Positions 1 to 11,821 of a DNA stretch of 64,000 bases are shown piece after piece. The position numbers were made by a program, and so were the translations under genes. Each line of letters begins with the position of its first letter. Position 1 is the first letter of the stretch. Origin of the DNA: Dictyostelium discoideum (Eukaryota); the NCBI GenBank assembly GCA_000004695.1, contig CM000155.2, forward strand, positions 3,136,001 to 3,200,000, read 5' to 3'. Under the pieces are notes generated by a model. That model was not told the origin of the DNA. It did no database searches and saw only the letters and a program-made list of their open reading frames with translations.

Positions 1-807
1 GTTGCCCTTCCATTCGATATGATTACAGACTTTAAGAATCGTCCACAACGTATACCATACGATAAATATTTGGAAAGAAAGAAAAAGATTGGTGAACGTG
101 CCACGGAATTGGTTGACGTTGGTAAGACCATTCAGTCACGTACCACTGGTGGTATCATGAGCAAACGTGATAGAAGAAATTACAATCGTTTCCGTCAAGC
201 AATTTTCTTATTAGAAGAGGATTATGAACGTTTAAAGATTTCATACAAGAGACAAGGTGGCAAGGTCATACTTTATTATGCCCAGTTCTTTGGTGGTTTC
301 ATTGCATTGGGTGTTAGTCTTGGTTGGCTACTTCATATCATAATCTATATGATCACAGCTCCAGAGCCATTCCATCCTTTCTTAAATAGTTTGGTGATAT
401 CTTTGAATAATGCTTGGGGTTTCCTTGGTGTTATCGTCTATGGTTTACTCTCTTTCTATTTATTGTTCTGTGTTGTCAAGGGTAATTTCAAATTTGGGTT
501 ACGTCTTTTCTTCCTCTTCCCAATTCACCCAATGAGGGTTGGTAATACCATGATGAATGCTTTCCTATTCAATGTTGGTTTAATCCTTATCACATCGGTT
601 TCAATCACTCACTTTTGTACAATGGCTTTCTCTCAATTCACTTCAACAACTTCCATTAATTCACTCTTTGAAACTGCTGTTAAAAATCTTAAAATCTTAA
701 AATGGTTCTGGGTTGTCTATATCTTTGCCATCTTTGCTATGTCAATTCTTACTGCTATCTTTTTATTCATTAAACCTAAAGATAAACCAGCTAGAATTCG
801 TGTATAA
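1..807 (+). CDS. 3' end of a multi-pass membrane protein gene. The frame is open from base 1, and the product looks like the C-terminal half of an LMBR1/LIMR-family protein, with a charged loop followed by four TM helices.
   Basis: Frame 1 is open from position 1 to the stop at 805-807. A K/R/E-rich loop is followed by four hydrophobic helices. Codon usage is Dictyostelium-like. The family assignment is from recall only. Confidence 0.45.
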   Translation, partial: VALPFDMITDFKNRPQRIPYDKYLERKKKIGERATELVDVGKTIQSRTTGGIMSKRDRRNYNRFRQAIFLLEEDYERLKISYKRQGGKVILYYAQFFGGFIALGVSLGWLLHIIIYMITAPEPFHPFLNSLVISLNNAWGFLGVIVYGLLSFYLLFCVVKGNFKFGLRLFFLFPIHPMRVGNTMMNAFLFNVGLILITSVSITHFCTMAFSQFTSTTSINSLFETAVKNLKILKWFWVVYIFAIFAMSILTAIFLFIKPKDKPARIRV

Positions 808-1355
808 TTAATTATAATAATATATTAATATTTCAAAAAATCATAATCAATAAAATCATTTTATTTCATTTCAATTGTTTTTTTTCTATTTATTTTAAAT
901 TTAATTATTTTAAATATAATTATAATATAATTATAATATTAATAATAACAATTATATTGAGTATATTCAATAATCAAAAAAAAAAAAAAAAAATGTAAAT
1001 AAAAACAAAAATAAAAATTAATTGTTTGAGATTTTAGATCGTAATAGTTTTTTAGAATCAAATCGTATAAAATTTTTAATGCATTATCTTTTTTCATTTC
1101 AATATTATTAGAATCACATAGTTTTTTAATAAAATGAATTTGTCAAAAGAGATACTAAAATAAAATTATTATTTTGATTTGATTTAAATACAGATATTAT
1201 TTTAGTTTAGATCATCAATATTTATTAATGCTTTGATTGTTTTTTTCTTATTTTTTGTATGTATGGAAATTATTTTGTGTTAGATTTTCTTTGATCATTA
1301 ATTGTGTGTTCCTTTATTTATTAAATCAATACATAAATAAAAACTACTTCGAAAA

Positions 1356-1365
1356 GAATCGAACC
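1356..1365 (-). promoter_or_regulatory. External B box (GGTTCGATTC) about 30 bp downstream of tRNA-Lys
   Basis: A B-box consensus copy outside the tRNA body, as is typical of Dictyostelium tRNA loci. Confidence 0.5.
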
Positions 1366-1396
1366 ATTGACTATTTTTGTTCCAAATGAAAAGTTT

Positions 1397-1469
1397 CGCC
1401 CAAAGGGGGGCTCGAACCCCCGACCACAAGGTTAAAAGCCTTGCGCTCTACCGACTGAGCTATCTGGGC
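1397..1469 (-). tRNA. tRNA-Lys (anticodon UUU)
   Basis: The reverse complement folds as a 73-nt cloverleaf (GCCCAGA acceptor, anticodon loop CTTTTAA, T-arm GGGGGTTCGAGCCCCC). It is identical to the + strand copy at 5444. Confidence 0.9.
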
Positions 1470-1516
1470 TTTGGATGAAAAAATATTTTTTAAAAAATAT
1501 AATATATCTAATTTCA

Positions 1517-1978
1517 GATCGAAAAAAACAAACAACAACAACAATCTCTTTTTTTGATTATTTCATTTTTCATATAAAAAAGACTTAAAAAACAAATAAA
1601 TAAATAAATAAACTATTTTAAAAAGCCATCTTTTTACTTTATTGTAATTTATTATTTGTTTCGTTTTGAGAATTTTGCGTAGCAAAATTTTCAAAAAAAA
1701 AGCAAAAAATAATCAGATCGAAAAAAACAAACAACAACAACAATCTCTTTTTTTGATTATTTCATTTTTCATATAAAAAAGACTTAAAAAACAAATAAAT
1801 AAATAAATAAACTATTTTAAAAAGCCATCTTTTTACTTTATTGTAATTTATTATTTGTTTCGTTTTGAGAATTTTGCGTAGCAAAATTTTCAAAAAAAAA
1901 GCAAAAAATAATCAGATCGAAAAAAACAAACAACAACAATCTCTTTTTTTGATTATTTCATTTTTCATATAAAAAAGA

Positions 1979-1985
<7 letters not shown>
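1517..1985 (+). repeat. Tandem array of the TRE5-A A-module (199-bp unit, about 2.4 copies)
   Basis: GATCGAAAAAAACAAACAACAAC starts at 1517, 1716 and 1915, with near-identical units. Confidence 0.85.
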
Positions 1986-2014
<29 letters not shown>

Positions 2015-2090
2015 GGAACCCAAGTTAATCAGAAAATTTCCAGATTTTTAACTTTTTAAAGAAAAATAAAAAAAATAGAAAGAAAATAAG

Positions 2091-3425
2091 ATGAAAATCA
2101 CAAACAACACCACAAATATTAAGCAACACAAATGCCTACAAAAAATAAGCGAAATTGTGGATAAAACTCAATTAAAAAAAAAACAATTCAAATACGTCAT
2201 AAACATCAATCACGAACCAGACGATAAAATAAAAAAAGATTTAGAAAAAAGTTTGGACAAAAAAGATGTTTTAATCAAAAGTAATAATACATTCAAAATT
2301 CTCACAGACAGTATTAGTACAGTAATCTATTTTGTAAATATGTTTGATGCAGAATTAAAAGGACAATTTATAACCACTATAAGACCAAAAAATATGTATA
2401 CAGATTTTGATTGGTATAAATCACTCACAGAAATAGAATGGGTAATAGAAAATGAAGGATGTAAACTAATTAAATTAGAAATTAAAGGCGAAACTCTAAT
2501 TATCAAAACAGTGAAAAGAGTCGTAGAAGAATTTGACACTATCATTGAACTAGACAATCTAACATTAATTGGACACTCCAACAAAGGATGGAGAGATCAA
2601 ACCTCATTACCAGAAAATCAAGAAGAAAACAAAAATAAAAAACAATCAGATGAACAACAACCACAATCTACATCAGAACAAATACCAAAACAAGGAAAAA
2701 GAACAATCATTATCCCACCAATCACATCCTCATCTAATGATAAAACATTTATGGCCCTAGATGATACAGCTCAAAAGGTAATAGAAGCATCACTAGAAAA
2801 CGTAGATGAACTAACAAGAATAGAGAATGAGATCAATACACAATCGATAAACAATCAAGAAATTAAAACAAAATCAGAAAAACCTATCGAACCACCATCT
2901 CCATACAATACACCAATAAAACAACACGGCGAAACAAAGGGACTAACAACGGAAGAAAAACTTAGAGAGGCAAATGATATCTTCGACTTCACCAGCCCAA
3001 ACACTGATGCAATAAGAAAAATAGAATTCCCACTTTCAATCCCTTCAAATCAATGGTTCTTCTCCTCTCCAATAAAACATATCATGAGTTTCAGCCCAAC
3101 CTATGGTACACCATCGAAAATTATCGATTCACCAAGTAAATTGTTAAACACACCAAAAAAGAAACAACAAGACAAAACAAACAAGACCAACAAAACACCA
3201 GTCAAACCAAAATTGGGTGAATATGGACAAAAAAGCATAAAAACAAAAATGGATGAAGATATAGACAACTTCAACAAGGAAATTCTAAAACAAATCAATA
3301 AATCAAAAAACCCCACAAACACACAAGACCAACAACACAACGAACAAAGTAAAGATCAGTTAGAAGACAAAATAAACCAGAAACTTCAAAAGGTAGATAA
3401 AAATCTACCCCAAATAAAACTATAA
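2091..3425 (+). CDS. TRE5-A ORF1 protein (444 aa)
   Basis: An intact ORF that begins MKITNNTTNIKQHKCLQKISE. The same N-terminus recurs in truncated form at 3824, 36860(-), 38860(-) and 40322(-). Confidence 0.85.
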   Translation: MKITNNTTNIKQHKCLQKISEIVDKTQLKKKQFKYVININHEPDDKIKKDLEKSLDKKDVLIKSNNTFKILTDSISTVIYFVNMFDAELKGQFITTIRPKNMYTDFDWYKSLTEIEWVIENEGCKLIKLEIKGETLIIKTVKRVVEEFDTIIELDNLTLIGHSNKGWRDQTSLPENQEENKNKKQSDEQQPQSTSEQIPKQGKRTIIIPPITSSSNDKTFMALDDTAQKVIEASLENVDELTRIENEINTQSINNQEIKTKSEKPIEPPSPYNTPIKQHGETKGLTTEEKLREANDIFDFTSPNTDAIRKIEFPLSIPSNQWFFSSPIKHIMSFSPTYGTPSKIIDSPSKLLNTPKKKQQDKTNKTNKTPVKPKLGEYGQKSIKTKMDEDIDNFNKEILKQINKSKNPTNTQDQQHNEQSKDQLEDKINQKLQKVDKNLPQIKL

Positions 3426-3429
3426 AGAA

Positions 3430-3663
3430 AAACACAATAAGAATAGGTGTTTGGAACATCCAAGGATCCAACACCATCCAATCTGCCAGCATAATAAACA
3501 CCGTTTTAGACAACAACAAGCTGGACGCAGCACTTCTAACTGAAACAAATATAAAAACAAATAAAATTTACTCAATAAATCAACAATATAAAAACAAAAT
3601 AACACACCACGCACCAATTGATAAAACAGGACAAGGGGTGTCACAAATCATCATCAACACCCG
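3430..3663 (+). pseudogene. TRE5-A ORF2 remnant (the N-terminus of the endonuclease only, joined directly to the 3' UTR)
   Basis: It translates to IGVWNIQGSNT...LLTETN and then stops. The last ~60 bp match the ORF2 3' UTR that is also seen at 36985-37100(-). Confidence 0.6.
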
Positions 3664-3721
3664 CAATAGAACTTCCTAAACATCTCAAAAAATACAATAA
3701 TTCACTCAGTACTTTCTATAA

Positions 3722-3780
<59 letters not shown>

Positions 3781-3782
<2 letters not shown>

Positions 3783-4091
3783 CAAGTTAATCAGAAAAAT
3801 AAAAAAGATAGAAAGAAAATAAAATGAAAATCACAAACAACACCACAAATATTAAGCAACACAAATGCCTACAAAAAATAAGCGAAATTGTGGATAAAAC
3901 TCAATTAAAAAAAAAACAATTCAAATACGTCATAAACATCAATCACGAACCAGACGATAAAATAAAAAAAGATTTAGAAAAAAGTTTGGACAAAAAAGAT
4001 GTTTTAATCAAAAAGACCCTGTAAAAAAAAAAAATAAATAAAATGAGATCTAGCATCTCAAGGAGAAGCAAATAATAATTGCGTTATCCAA
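3781..4091 (+). mobile_element. TRE5-A 3' B-module (contains the first 65 codons of ORF1, 3824-4020), then the C-module and an oligo(A) tail
   Basis: The C-module GACCCTGTAAAA...ATGAGATCTAGCATCTCAAGGAGAAGCAAATAATAATTGCGTTATCCAATTCAAAAAAAA ends in an A-run at 4081-4091. Confidence 0.6.
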
Positions 4092-5159
4092 TTCAAAAAA
4101 AAAAATATATCTAATTTCCAAATTCAAAATAGTGAATTAAATATTAACCAACAATTTAGTGTCTATGGAGATATTAATGATAAAACTAGCGATTATATTT
4201 TGGTTTTATACCAACAGTACAGAAGTTCTCCTGGTAATATAATAGTTAATAATGTTGAAGAACAACATCAATGTTATCAATCGAATAACGAAAATTCAAA
4301 TGTATTGGGTAAACCATTGGAAAAAGTAGAACATGGTCACGTGGAGCATTTCTCTCCAAATAGTCGAGATTGTGATAGATCAAAACCTGTAGACATCGAA
4401 ACCGATAAAAATTAGAAATTTAATTTTTTGGGTACTATTGACAGTAGAAGTTAAGAAAGTAAAGCAGAATCAACACCAACTAGTACTATTCAAGGTAGTT
4501 TAATCAGTGTATGGTCATTTGATAGATCAGTTGATCATGTTGTTTTAGGAACAACTGTAAAACATGGTATGAGTGATAGTGGTAGTTGGAAGTAACATCA
4601 AACATAATAACAATTACCATATTAAAGAACATAACAAAGTAAGTGAAAAAGTTATCTATTTAAATTCAAAAAATCCATTTGCTGAATTCTATAATCACAA
4701 ACCATTTACAAATAATTTTACTATCAATCATTAATGAGTTAAAATTTACTCAAGATATATTAAAAATTTTTTAAAATAAAAATAATTAAATAAATAAAAA
4801 TTATAAAAAGTTTAGATAATAGTTTTTTTTTTATTTATTTTTAAAAATAATCTATTTTCAATATATACTCCGCTCATTGTTGTATAAATTATAAACCAAT
4901 TAAATTTTTGATTAAAAAAAAAAGGTAAAGAAAACTGAATATTTAATCCCATTGTTTGTTTGAGATTTTAGATCCATCATCTTTTGTCCATTTCAATATT
5001 ATAAGAATCATTGAATTTTTATAATATTGATCAATCAAATATGGAAGAATATTATAATTTTAATATCAATAACCAACATCATGTCATGAATTCTATAGTT
5101 TTCATGCCACTGGTGGTGAATCGGTTGAACCAGAAGATGAATAATAAATATTTTTAGAT

Positions 5160-5352
5160 GGATGAGATATATCATCTCAAGGAGAAGCAAATAACATTTG
5201 CGCTACCCATTCAAAAGCTTCTCTTTGAGTAAATTAATGATAACTTTTTTTTGAATTGGATAACGCAATTATTAGTTTCTTTTCCTTGAGATGCTAGATT
5301 TCATTTTATTTGTAGTAATTTTACAGGGTCTTTAAAAGAGGGGTTAGTTTAC
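5160..5352. mobile_element. Inverted pair of TRE5 C-module fragments (a divergent + copy at 5160-5220 and a - copy with an oligo(A) at 5245-5352)
   Basis: CATCTCAAGGAGAAGCAAATAA...CCATTCAAAAG on the + strand faces TTTTTTTTGAATTGGATAACGCAATTATTAG...CCTTGAGATGCTAGAT, which is the reverse complement of a C-module. Confidence 0.5.
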
Positions 5353-5443
5353 AAAATGTAGATAACATGATAATAACGGACCAGACTTAATTTAAATTTA
5401 TGGTAAAGGGTTTTAACTATTTTTTTTTTCATTAACATCCAAA

Positions 5444-5516
5444 GCCCAGATAGCTCAGTCGGTAGAGCGCAAGGCTTTTAACCTTGTGGTCGGGGGTTCG
5501 AGCCCCCCTTTGGGCG
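5444..5516 (+). tRNA. tRNA-Lys (anticodon UUU)
   Basis: GCCCAGATAGCTCAGTCGGTAGAGCGCAAGGCTTTTAACCTTGTGGTCGGGGGTTCGAGCCCCCCTTTGGGCG. Cloverleaf is intact and the discriminator is G. Confidence 0.9.
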
Positions 5517-5545
5517 AAACTTTTCCCCTGGAACATAAGGGCAGA

Positions 5546-5555
5546 GGTTCGATTC
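5546..5555 (+). promoter_or_regulatory. External B box (GGTTCGATTC) 30 bp downstream of tRNA-Lys
   Basis: An exact B-box consensus outside the tRNA. Confidence 0.5.
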
Positions 5556-5824
5556 TGATTAAAAATTATATCACCATTTTTTAAATCGTAAATTAAAAAT
5601 CAAAAATTAAAATCTCAAATGACTTGGTTGTTTTTTATTAATTCGATAATATATTTAAAACTGATATATTGAAAAATAAAAAATTTCTCTAAAGAGAAAC
5701 AAATTCAATTGAATCCTCTCAAAATATTTATTTATTTTTTAAATCAAAAACTTTGGATGATAACTTCATATTTTAAATAATATTTTGTTGGATATTAAAA
5801 AAAAAAAAAAAAAAAAAAATCTGT

Positions 5825-5863
<39 letters not shown>

Positions 5864-5894
5864 CTTTGCATTTTTTCCAACCTCAGAGTAAAGA

Positions 5895-8669
5895 ATGGAT
5901 ATCTTATATAAAAAAGTATTTAATAATAAATTTTTACAGAATAAAATTTATAATTATATTCAATTCAAAGATAGAGAAGAGAATAATAATGATTTAGAGA
6001 AATGTTTTAATGAATATATTAAGTATTATAATGTTCAAGATTTAGAGATTGAAAGATTGGTATTAAGAAAAGAGTATAGATTATTATTTGAAACTATTGA
6101 TAATTATTTTCAATATGGTATAGTTGATCCAATCCGATATTGGTATTATATAATCACACCAAGTAAATATGAGATTAAATTATTGATTCAATTGAGTGGA
6201 TTAGGATTCGAAAGATTTCTATTACTTTATAACGAATTCACAATACTATTCAAAAGATTAAAACACCAACTATTAAGAAACGTATTAATTAGTGGTAATG
6301 AAGAGATATTCAATTTCCTTTTGAACAAAGGTTATAAATTAAATCTAACAATTAATTGGGATAATTCTGAATTTTCAAAATTAAATTGTGCTGGTAATAT
6401 TAATTTATTTAAATTAATAATTGAAAATCATTATACTCGTTTCAATAGTGATTTAGATTTAATCTCATTTAAATTATTATTAAAATTATCATCTCAAATT
6501 AGATATCAAATTGGACAAGTAAAAAGTAATAGTTTTTATTTATCAGTTCAAAATCATAATAACAATCCATTTTATTCTTCTCCTCCAAGTAATAATAATA
6601 ATAATAATAACAATGGATCTATATATAAAATTTATCATACAGAAATTTCAAATGATTGGAATAATGATAAATGTTGGTCAAATTTTAATTATTTAGATAT
6701 TTATAGATATTTAATGAATAGAGTTGAAATTACATGTATACCAATTTCAAAATTATTTGTATCATTTAGAGTTTCAGATATTTCATTAGCAAAAGCAATT
6801 TGTGAATATAGTAATGAAAGGGTTCATCATCAAACTGGTGAAGGTATTGATGAAGTTGATTCTTATATTACAAAATTGGGTATAATCTTAAATACATTGA
6901 AATATCGCAATTCCTATAGATCTCAATTGCTATCAATACCACAAAGTATTTATCAAGTTTTAAAATTCACATTAGAGAATCATATTAGTAGAGAAAAGAA
7001 AACTGACCAACTTTATGGTAACATTGAAAATATTTTTAAACCAATCCATTCAAAACATCCATTTGCAAATGATATATCTCATCATCATTTAAATGATGAT
7101 CCAACTAATCCAGTAACAGTTTATTCAATCAATTATAATCAACTAAATGATGATGATGATAGATTATTTAAATTATTTTTAGAAAATGATTATTTACCAA
7201 ATTGTTTAGATGAATTTAAATATATGTTATCAAAGAATTTAAAAATTAAAAATGAATCTGATAATATTGGTAAACTATTTATACATTGCTCAAATCAGTT
7301 AACAGATTTTGAATTTTTAAAATTTTGTTATCAACATTATCAACCAAATTCAAAAGAAATTTTAAAAAATGTAATTCATGATTGTATTATTTCAACATTT
7401 GAAATTTCAACATGGATTATAAATCAAGTATTTCCTTATGGTTATTGTAATAGTGATATTAATCAATTCATTCCAAAGTCTCCATCAAATTATTGTTTAC
7501 AAAATTTAATTATTTTTGATCAAAAATCACTTGAACTAGTATTACCAATTATTAATATCGATTTAAATCTATTTAAATCAATAATTGGCTTTAAAAATTC
7601 AAATTTTTATTTTGTTTTCATTCAATTATATAAAAAATTACTTTTAGAAAAAGCTAATGATCCAACAAGTGTATCCAATATAACAAGTGAAATATTGAAA
7701 TCTATTTACTATAAAGATTGGTTCCCATTATTTAAATATATTCTTGATAATGATTATAAAGGTAATAATGAAAAAATTCAATCTATCTATAAATCTTTTA
7801 AAAAAACTCAACCTTATCAACTTCATCCAAAATATCATTCATTAATTCAATTTACTCTATCAAATAATATTAATAATAATAATAATAACCATCCAAATTA
7901 TTTAAATTTCATTATTAATTCAATGTATCAAAATGGTGAACAACTTTTAAAAGTTTATGATGGTAGTTTATCAACAATTAAAAATAATTTACAATCAATT
8001 AAATTTAATTCAACAAAAGTTTTAAATAATGTATTTGAAAATATTATATCTCCTCATTATATAATTCCAAATCAAAATAATAATAATAATAACCATTCAA
8101 ATTATTTTATTTCAAGATTAATTGGAACAAGTATTAAGAAATTTTATTTTTTATTAAATTTTAATGATAATGATAATAATAATAATAATTATATTAGTGT
8201 TAATAATAATTTTTTAAAAATTAATTTTAAAATTATAATTAAAGAATCAATTTTATCAAATTATTTATCAATTTTAAAATATATAATTTTTAGAAATGAT
8301 AATAAAGAAAAAGTATTTGGTAGTAGTAGTGATTTTCAATTTATGATTGAATTTCATTCATACTTTTTATTTTATTCAATATTATCATTTTTAGAGAAAA
8401 GAAATAATAGAAAACAATATTCAATTGGTAATTCATTATTATTAAAATCATCTTTAGAAATTGTTAATCATTGTATAGAAATTTTTAACAACCATTCAAT
8501 ATATTATCAATTAAATCAAATTTTAAATTTTATTAAAAATGAAAATGTTTCTTTAATATTATTTAAAAATAATTTAAATTTATTTTTAAATAATATTAAT
8601 CAAATATCAATTAATGAAGATAAATTAAAAAAATTTTTATTAAATTTAAAAAAAAATATAAATGAATAA
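5895..8669 (+). CDS. Hypothetical Asn-rich protein of 924 aa, single exon, with no domain I can recognise
   Basis: A long uninterrupted ORF with Dictyostelium codon bias and poly-N tracts. It sits 380 bp downstream of the tRNA. Confidence 0.65.
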   Translation: MDILYKKVFNNKFLQNKIYNYIQFKDREENNNDLEKCFNEYIKYYNVQDLEIERLVLRKEYRLLFETIDNYFQYGIVDPIRYWYYIITPSKYEIKLLIQLSGLGFERFLLLYNEFTILFKRLKHQLLRNVLISGNEEIFNFLLNKGYKLNLTINWDNSEFSKLNCAGNINLFKLIIENHYTRFNSDLDLISFKLLLKLSSQIRYQIGQVKSNSFYLSVQNHNNNPFYSSPPSNNNNNNNNGSIYKIYHTEISNDWNNDKCWSNFNYLDIYRYLMNRVEITCIPISKLFVSFRVSDISLAKAICEYSNERVHHQTGEGIDEVDSYITKLGIILNTLKYRNSYRSQLLSIPQSIYQVLKFTLENHISREKKTDQLYGNIENIFKPIHSKHPFANDISHHHLNDDPTNPVTVYSINYNQLNDDDDRLFKLFLENDYLPNCLDEFKYMLSKNLKIKNESDNIGKLFIHCSNQLTDFEFLKFCYQHYQPNSKEILKNVIHDCIISTFEISTWIINQVFPYGYCNSDINQFIPKSPSNYCLQNLIIFDQKSLELVLPIINIDLNLFKSIIGFKNSNFYFVFIQLYKKLLLEKANDPTSVSNITSEILKSIYYKDWFPLFKYILDNDYKGNNEKIQSIYKSFKKTQPYQLHPKYHSLIQFTLSNNINNNNNNHPNYLNFIINSMYQNGEQLLKVYDGSLSTIKNNLQSIKFNSTKVLNNVFENIISPHYIIPNQNNNNNNHSNYFISRLIGTSIKKFYFLLNFNDNDNNNNNYISVNNNFLKINFKIIIKESILSNYLSILKYIIFRNDNKEKVFGSSSDFQFMIEFHSYFLFYSILSFLEKRNNRKQYSIGNSLLLKSSLEIVNHCIEIFNNHSIYYQLNQILNFIKNENVSLILFKNNLNLFLNNINQISINEDKLKKFLLNLKKNINE

Positions 8670-8727
8670 ATAAATAAATAAATAATTAAAAGTTTTGTTT
8701 TATTTTATTTTATTTTATTTTATTATT

Positions 8728-11700
8728 TTATTTTTTTAATTTTTTATTTGATGTTGGTTTTGTTGAAGATTTTATATTTTCAGGTTGTTTTCTAACTTTT
8801 GAAGATTTATTTGAAGATGAGGTAGAGGAAGTTGATTTATTAATATTATTTTCTTGATTTAAAATATCATCTAAATTATTACTATCAATATCATCAGATG
8901 GTACGAATGAAATATTTGGATTTATACAATTAATTTTTAATTTTTGATCATGAGCTTTACTATCATCAACATAAATTTCAACAGTAACTTTATCAAATAC
9001 TCTAAAAGTATGAATACCATTACCAAGTGTTTGATCTTCATGATTATAATTATAAATATTAGATGTGCCACCACCACCATTGGTGGTAGCAGTTGAAGAA
9101 TTTGGATCAGAAACATAAACAGTACCTTCAAAACCATAACGTGGCACTAATACAACAAAAGCATTAGCTTTTACACGAATGATATAAGCATCTTCAACAG
9201 ATTTACGACCTTTGAAAAAGATTAAAGTATGAAGTTGAGTTGAACCTCTACTTGCGTATTGAGCCATTTTATGACGGAAATTATTATTCTCTGTTAATGC
9301 TGAAATGGTTTTATTCTCTAAATTTAATGAAACTGATTGAATACCAATTGCAGAAGCTAATAAACGATGAACTATAATATCTGGATAACGACGAATTGGT
9401 GATGTGAAATGAGTGTAAATATCAGTGGCCAAACCATAATGATTAAAATCTTCATATGGTAATGAACCTGATGAGAAATATTTAGCTGGTGACATGCAAC
9501 GGGTTGTCATAATACGACATAGGGTATTAAAGTATGAATCGTTCTTATCTACAGCGGAATCCAATGAATCTGCTAAATCTTTACTTGTGGTGGTTGAGAA
9601 TTTGTAACCTTTATTCTCGATTAACTTTGTCAATAAATCGAAAGCTGCTTTATTTGGAGTTGGATGACGACGTAACATAGCACAACCTGGGAAATGTTTA
9701 TAAATTTTCTTGGCAACCCAAATATTTGCTAACAACATAAACTCTTCAATCATTGAATTTGTTTCACGAAGTTGATAAATTTCAACATCGGATGGATCAC
9801 CACCCAATTCTTCAGTCTTGAATTTAACTTGTGGTGAAGCTAAATAGAGTGCACCCCTATCGAAACGTTGTTTTCTAAGAATTTTTGCTAAACTATTTAA
9901 ATTTCTAAGATTTACTGTGATTTGATCATTTTGAGATTTATCATCAATTCTAATTTGTGCTTGTTCATAGGTTAGAGATGCACATGAACGAATTATACTT
10001 TTAGTATATTCGACTGCAATGATTTCACCAGTGTGTTGATTAATTTTCCAAATACAAGAGAAAGCGAAACGATCTACATTTGACATTAATGAACAAAGAT
10101 TACCTGATAATTCACCTGGTAACATATCAATTCTTCTATCGACTAAATAAACAGAAGTACTACGATTTGCAGCTTCTTCATCGATTGCTGTACCTTCTTG
10201 AACAAAATGTGATACATCAGCAATATGAACACCAACCTCCATAATACCTTTACCAAGATCTTTAATATGTAATGCATCATCAATATCTGTACAACCTGGT
10301 GGATCAACACTGAAAATACACTCCTTTCTCAAATCTTTACGACCCACCATATCAGCACTCGTAACACGATCCATAATATCTGGTGATGGTAAACATTTCA
10401 TTACTGCTGCACCAAATGGATGATGTGGTATATCGAATTGTAACAATAATACTTGACTCTCTGTTTCCTTATCGCCCAATGGTCCTAAATCCTTTACAAA
10501 ATGACCACTTGGATATTTTGAATTCTTATCCCATTGATCGATTGCCACAACAATACGTTTACCAATTAAATTACTAACTTGACGACTTTTGATTCTAATT
10601 TTTGGTATACGTTTATCAATTGGCATAAAATAAAGAAAATGTAAACCTGTACTTGTTTTCGTAGTAGTATTATTATCATCTTGTTTGAATTCAACTGCAC
10701 CACAATATGGCTTCCAATTACGTTTAATTATACCAACGACTTTACCAGTTGGTTGCTTTTTTGAAATTAATGAATCCTTTGCAATTGAATCATCATCTTC
10801 TTCAACACCTTCATTCTCTAACATAATTAAAGTCGATGGTGTATTCCATTTAGATTGATCAAATAATTCAACGGCAACAATATCACCATCCACTGCTCTA
10901 TTTATATTCTCAATACCTTGAATCAATATCTCCTTTTCCATCTCCCTATTTGATACTGTTGCTTCTCTATAATTGGTTATACTTGTTCTAAATATACCTT
11001 GAATTAATTTACCACCTTTAATTCCCTCTGTTAACATTGACATTGGCTTATGTTCTTGATATTGGAATCTCTTTGATTCATCATTATCTTTTTCATTACT
11101 ATCATCATTTGGATCTGATAATTTATCAACCAATGATGGATTCTTATCTGATAATTCAAATACTAAATCTTGAACTAGTGTTTTTTAAAAAAAATAAAAA
11201 ATTAATATTTTATGTATATATATAAAATAATATAATATAATACTTACTAGTTTGACAATCTAAACCTAATGATTTTGCTTTTTTTAAATTATCTTTATCA
11301 TTTGTAATTAATAAAACTTTAATTGAATATTTATGAAGATGTGATTTATACCATTGAGTAGCTACACGAATTGCACGATCATTTCTATCATTTGGCGATT
11401 CACCATTTTCTCTAGTGATTGATGTGAATGTACTATATTCATTAGAGTAAACATAAAATTTTCTTGAGGATTCTTTAATTACATCACGTATACGATTAAA
11501 GATTGCACGATTTTGTGATTTAACTTCATCTAATACCGTTGATAATATTATACAATTCTTTATGGTTGGATCTTCTAATAAATCAATTTGGTGCAATATT
11601 ACATTTGTATCTAATATTAATATTTTATCAGAATCAATTGTATTGATTTCGTTTGATAATAATGCTCTATCTTCAACTGTTGTCCTTCTCTCTAATTTGA

Positions 11701-11821
11701 TTTTACATTCTTTACAACTATCATGTCCACATGGTATATCATCTCTTAAATAAATTTCATTTACAACTTTTATAATTGTTCCTTTCTTTGTTGCTTTATA
11801 AAAACATTTATTTGATTGCAT
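8728..11821 (-). CDS. dis3: Exosome catalytic exoribonuclease DIS3/RRP44 (CR3 motif, PIN domain and RNB domain), about 1006 aa. Exons: complement(11248..11821) and complement(8728..11174). A 73-bp intron lies at 11175-11247.
   Basis: Exon 1 encodes MQSNKCFYKATKKG...YLRDDIPCGHDSCKECK followed by PIN-domain sequence. Exon 2 encodes RNB motifs (FSVDPPGCTDIDDALH, LYLVDRRIDMLP, HYGLATDIYTHFTSPIRRY). The intron has a GTAAGT donor and a CACTAG acceptor, and the phase is consistent. Confidence 0.85.

Larger units (their letters stand above)
1516..4091 (+). mobile_element. TRE5-A non-LTR retrotransposon, internally deleted (a TRE5-A.2-like copy of about 2.6 kb). Order: A-modules, B-module, ORF1, ORF2 remnant, 3' B-module, C-module, oligo(A).
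   Basis: Its 5' end lies 47 bp upstream of the divergent tRNA-Lys. It has 199-bp A-module repeats, a complete ORF1 and an ORF2 that begins with the APE motif VWNIQG but is truncated. Its 3' end (B-module tail, first 65 codons of ORF1, C-module, A-run) recurs at 38.5 kb and 40 kb. Confidence 0.8.

Noticed and set aside
2327-3644. Several antisense or alternate-frame ORFs inside TRE5-A ORF1 and ORF2 (2327-2584, 3101-3340, 3295-3519, 3420-3644)
   Set aside because: They overlap a well-supported sense ORF. Their composition is hydrophobic low-complexity typical of antisense reading of A-rich coding DNA.
3722-3780. A59 run that looks like the poly(A) tail of a retroelement ending at 3780
   Set aside because: The same A-run followed by CCCAAGTTAATCAG and the ORF1 start occurs inside other copies (1986-2032, and 36945-36985 on the reverse strand). 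It is the internal A-rich part of the TRE5-A B-module, not an element terminus.
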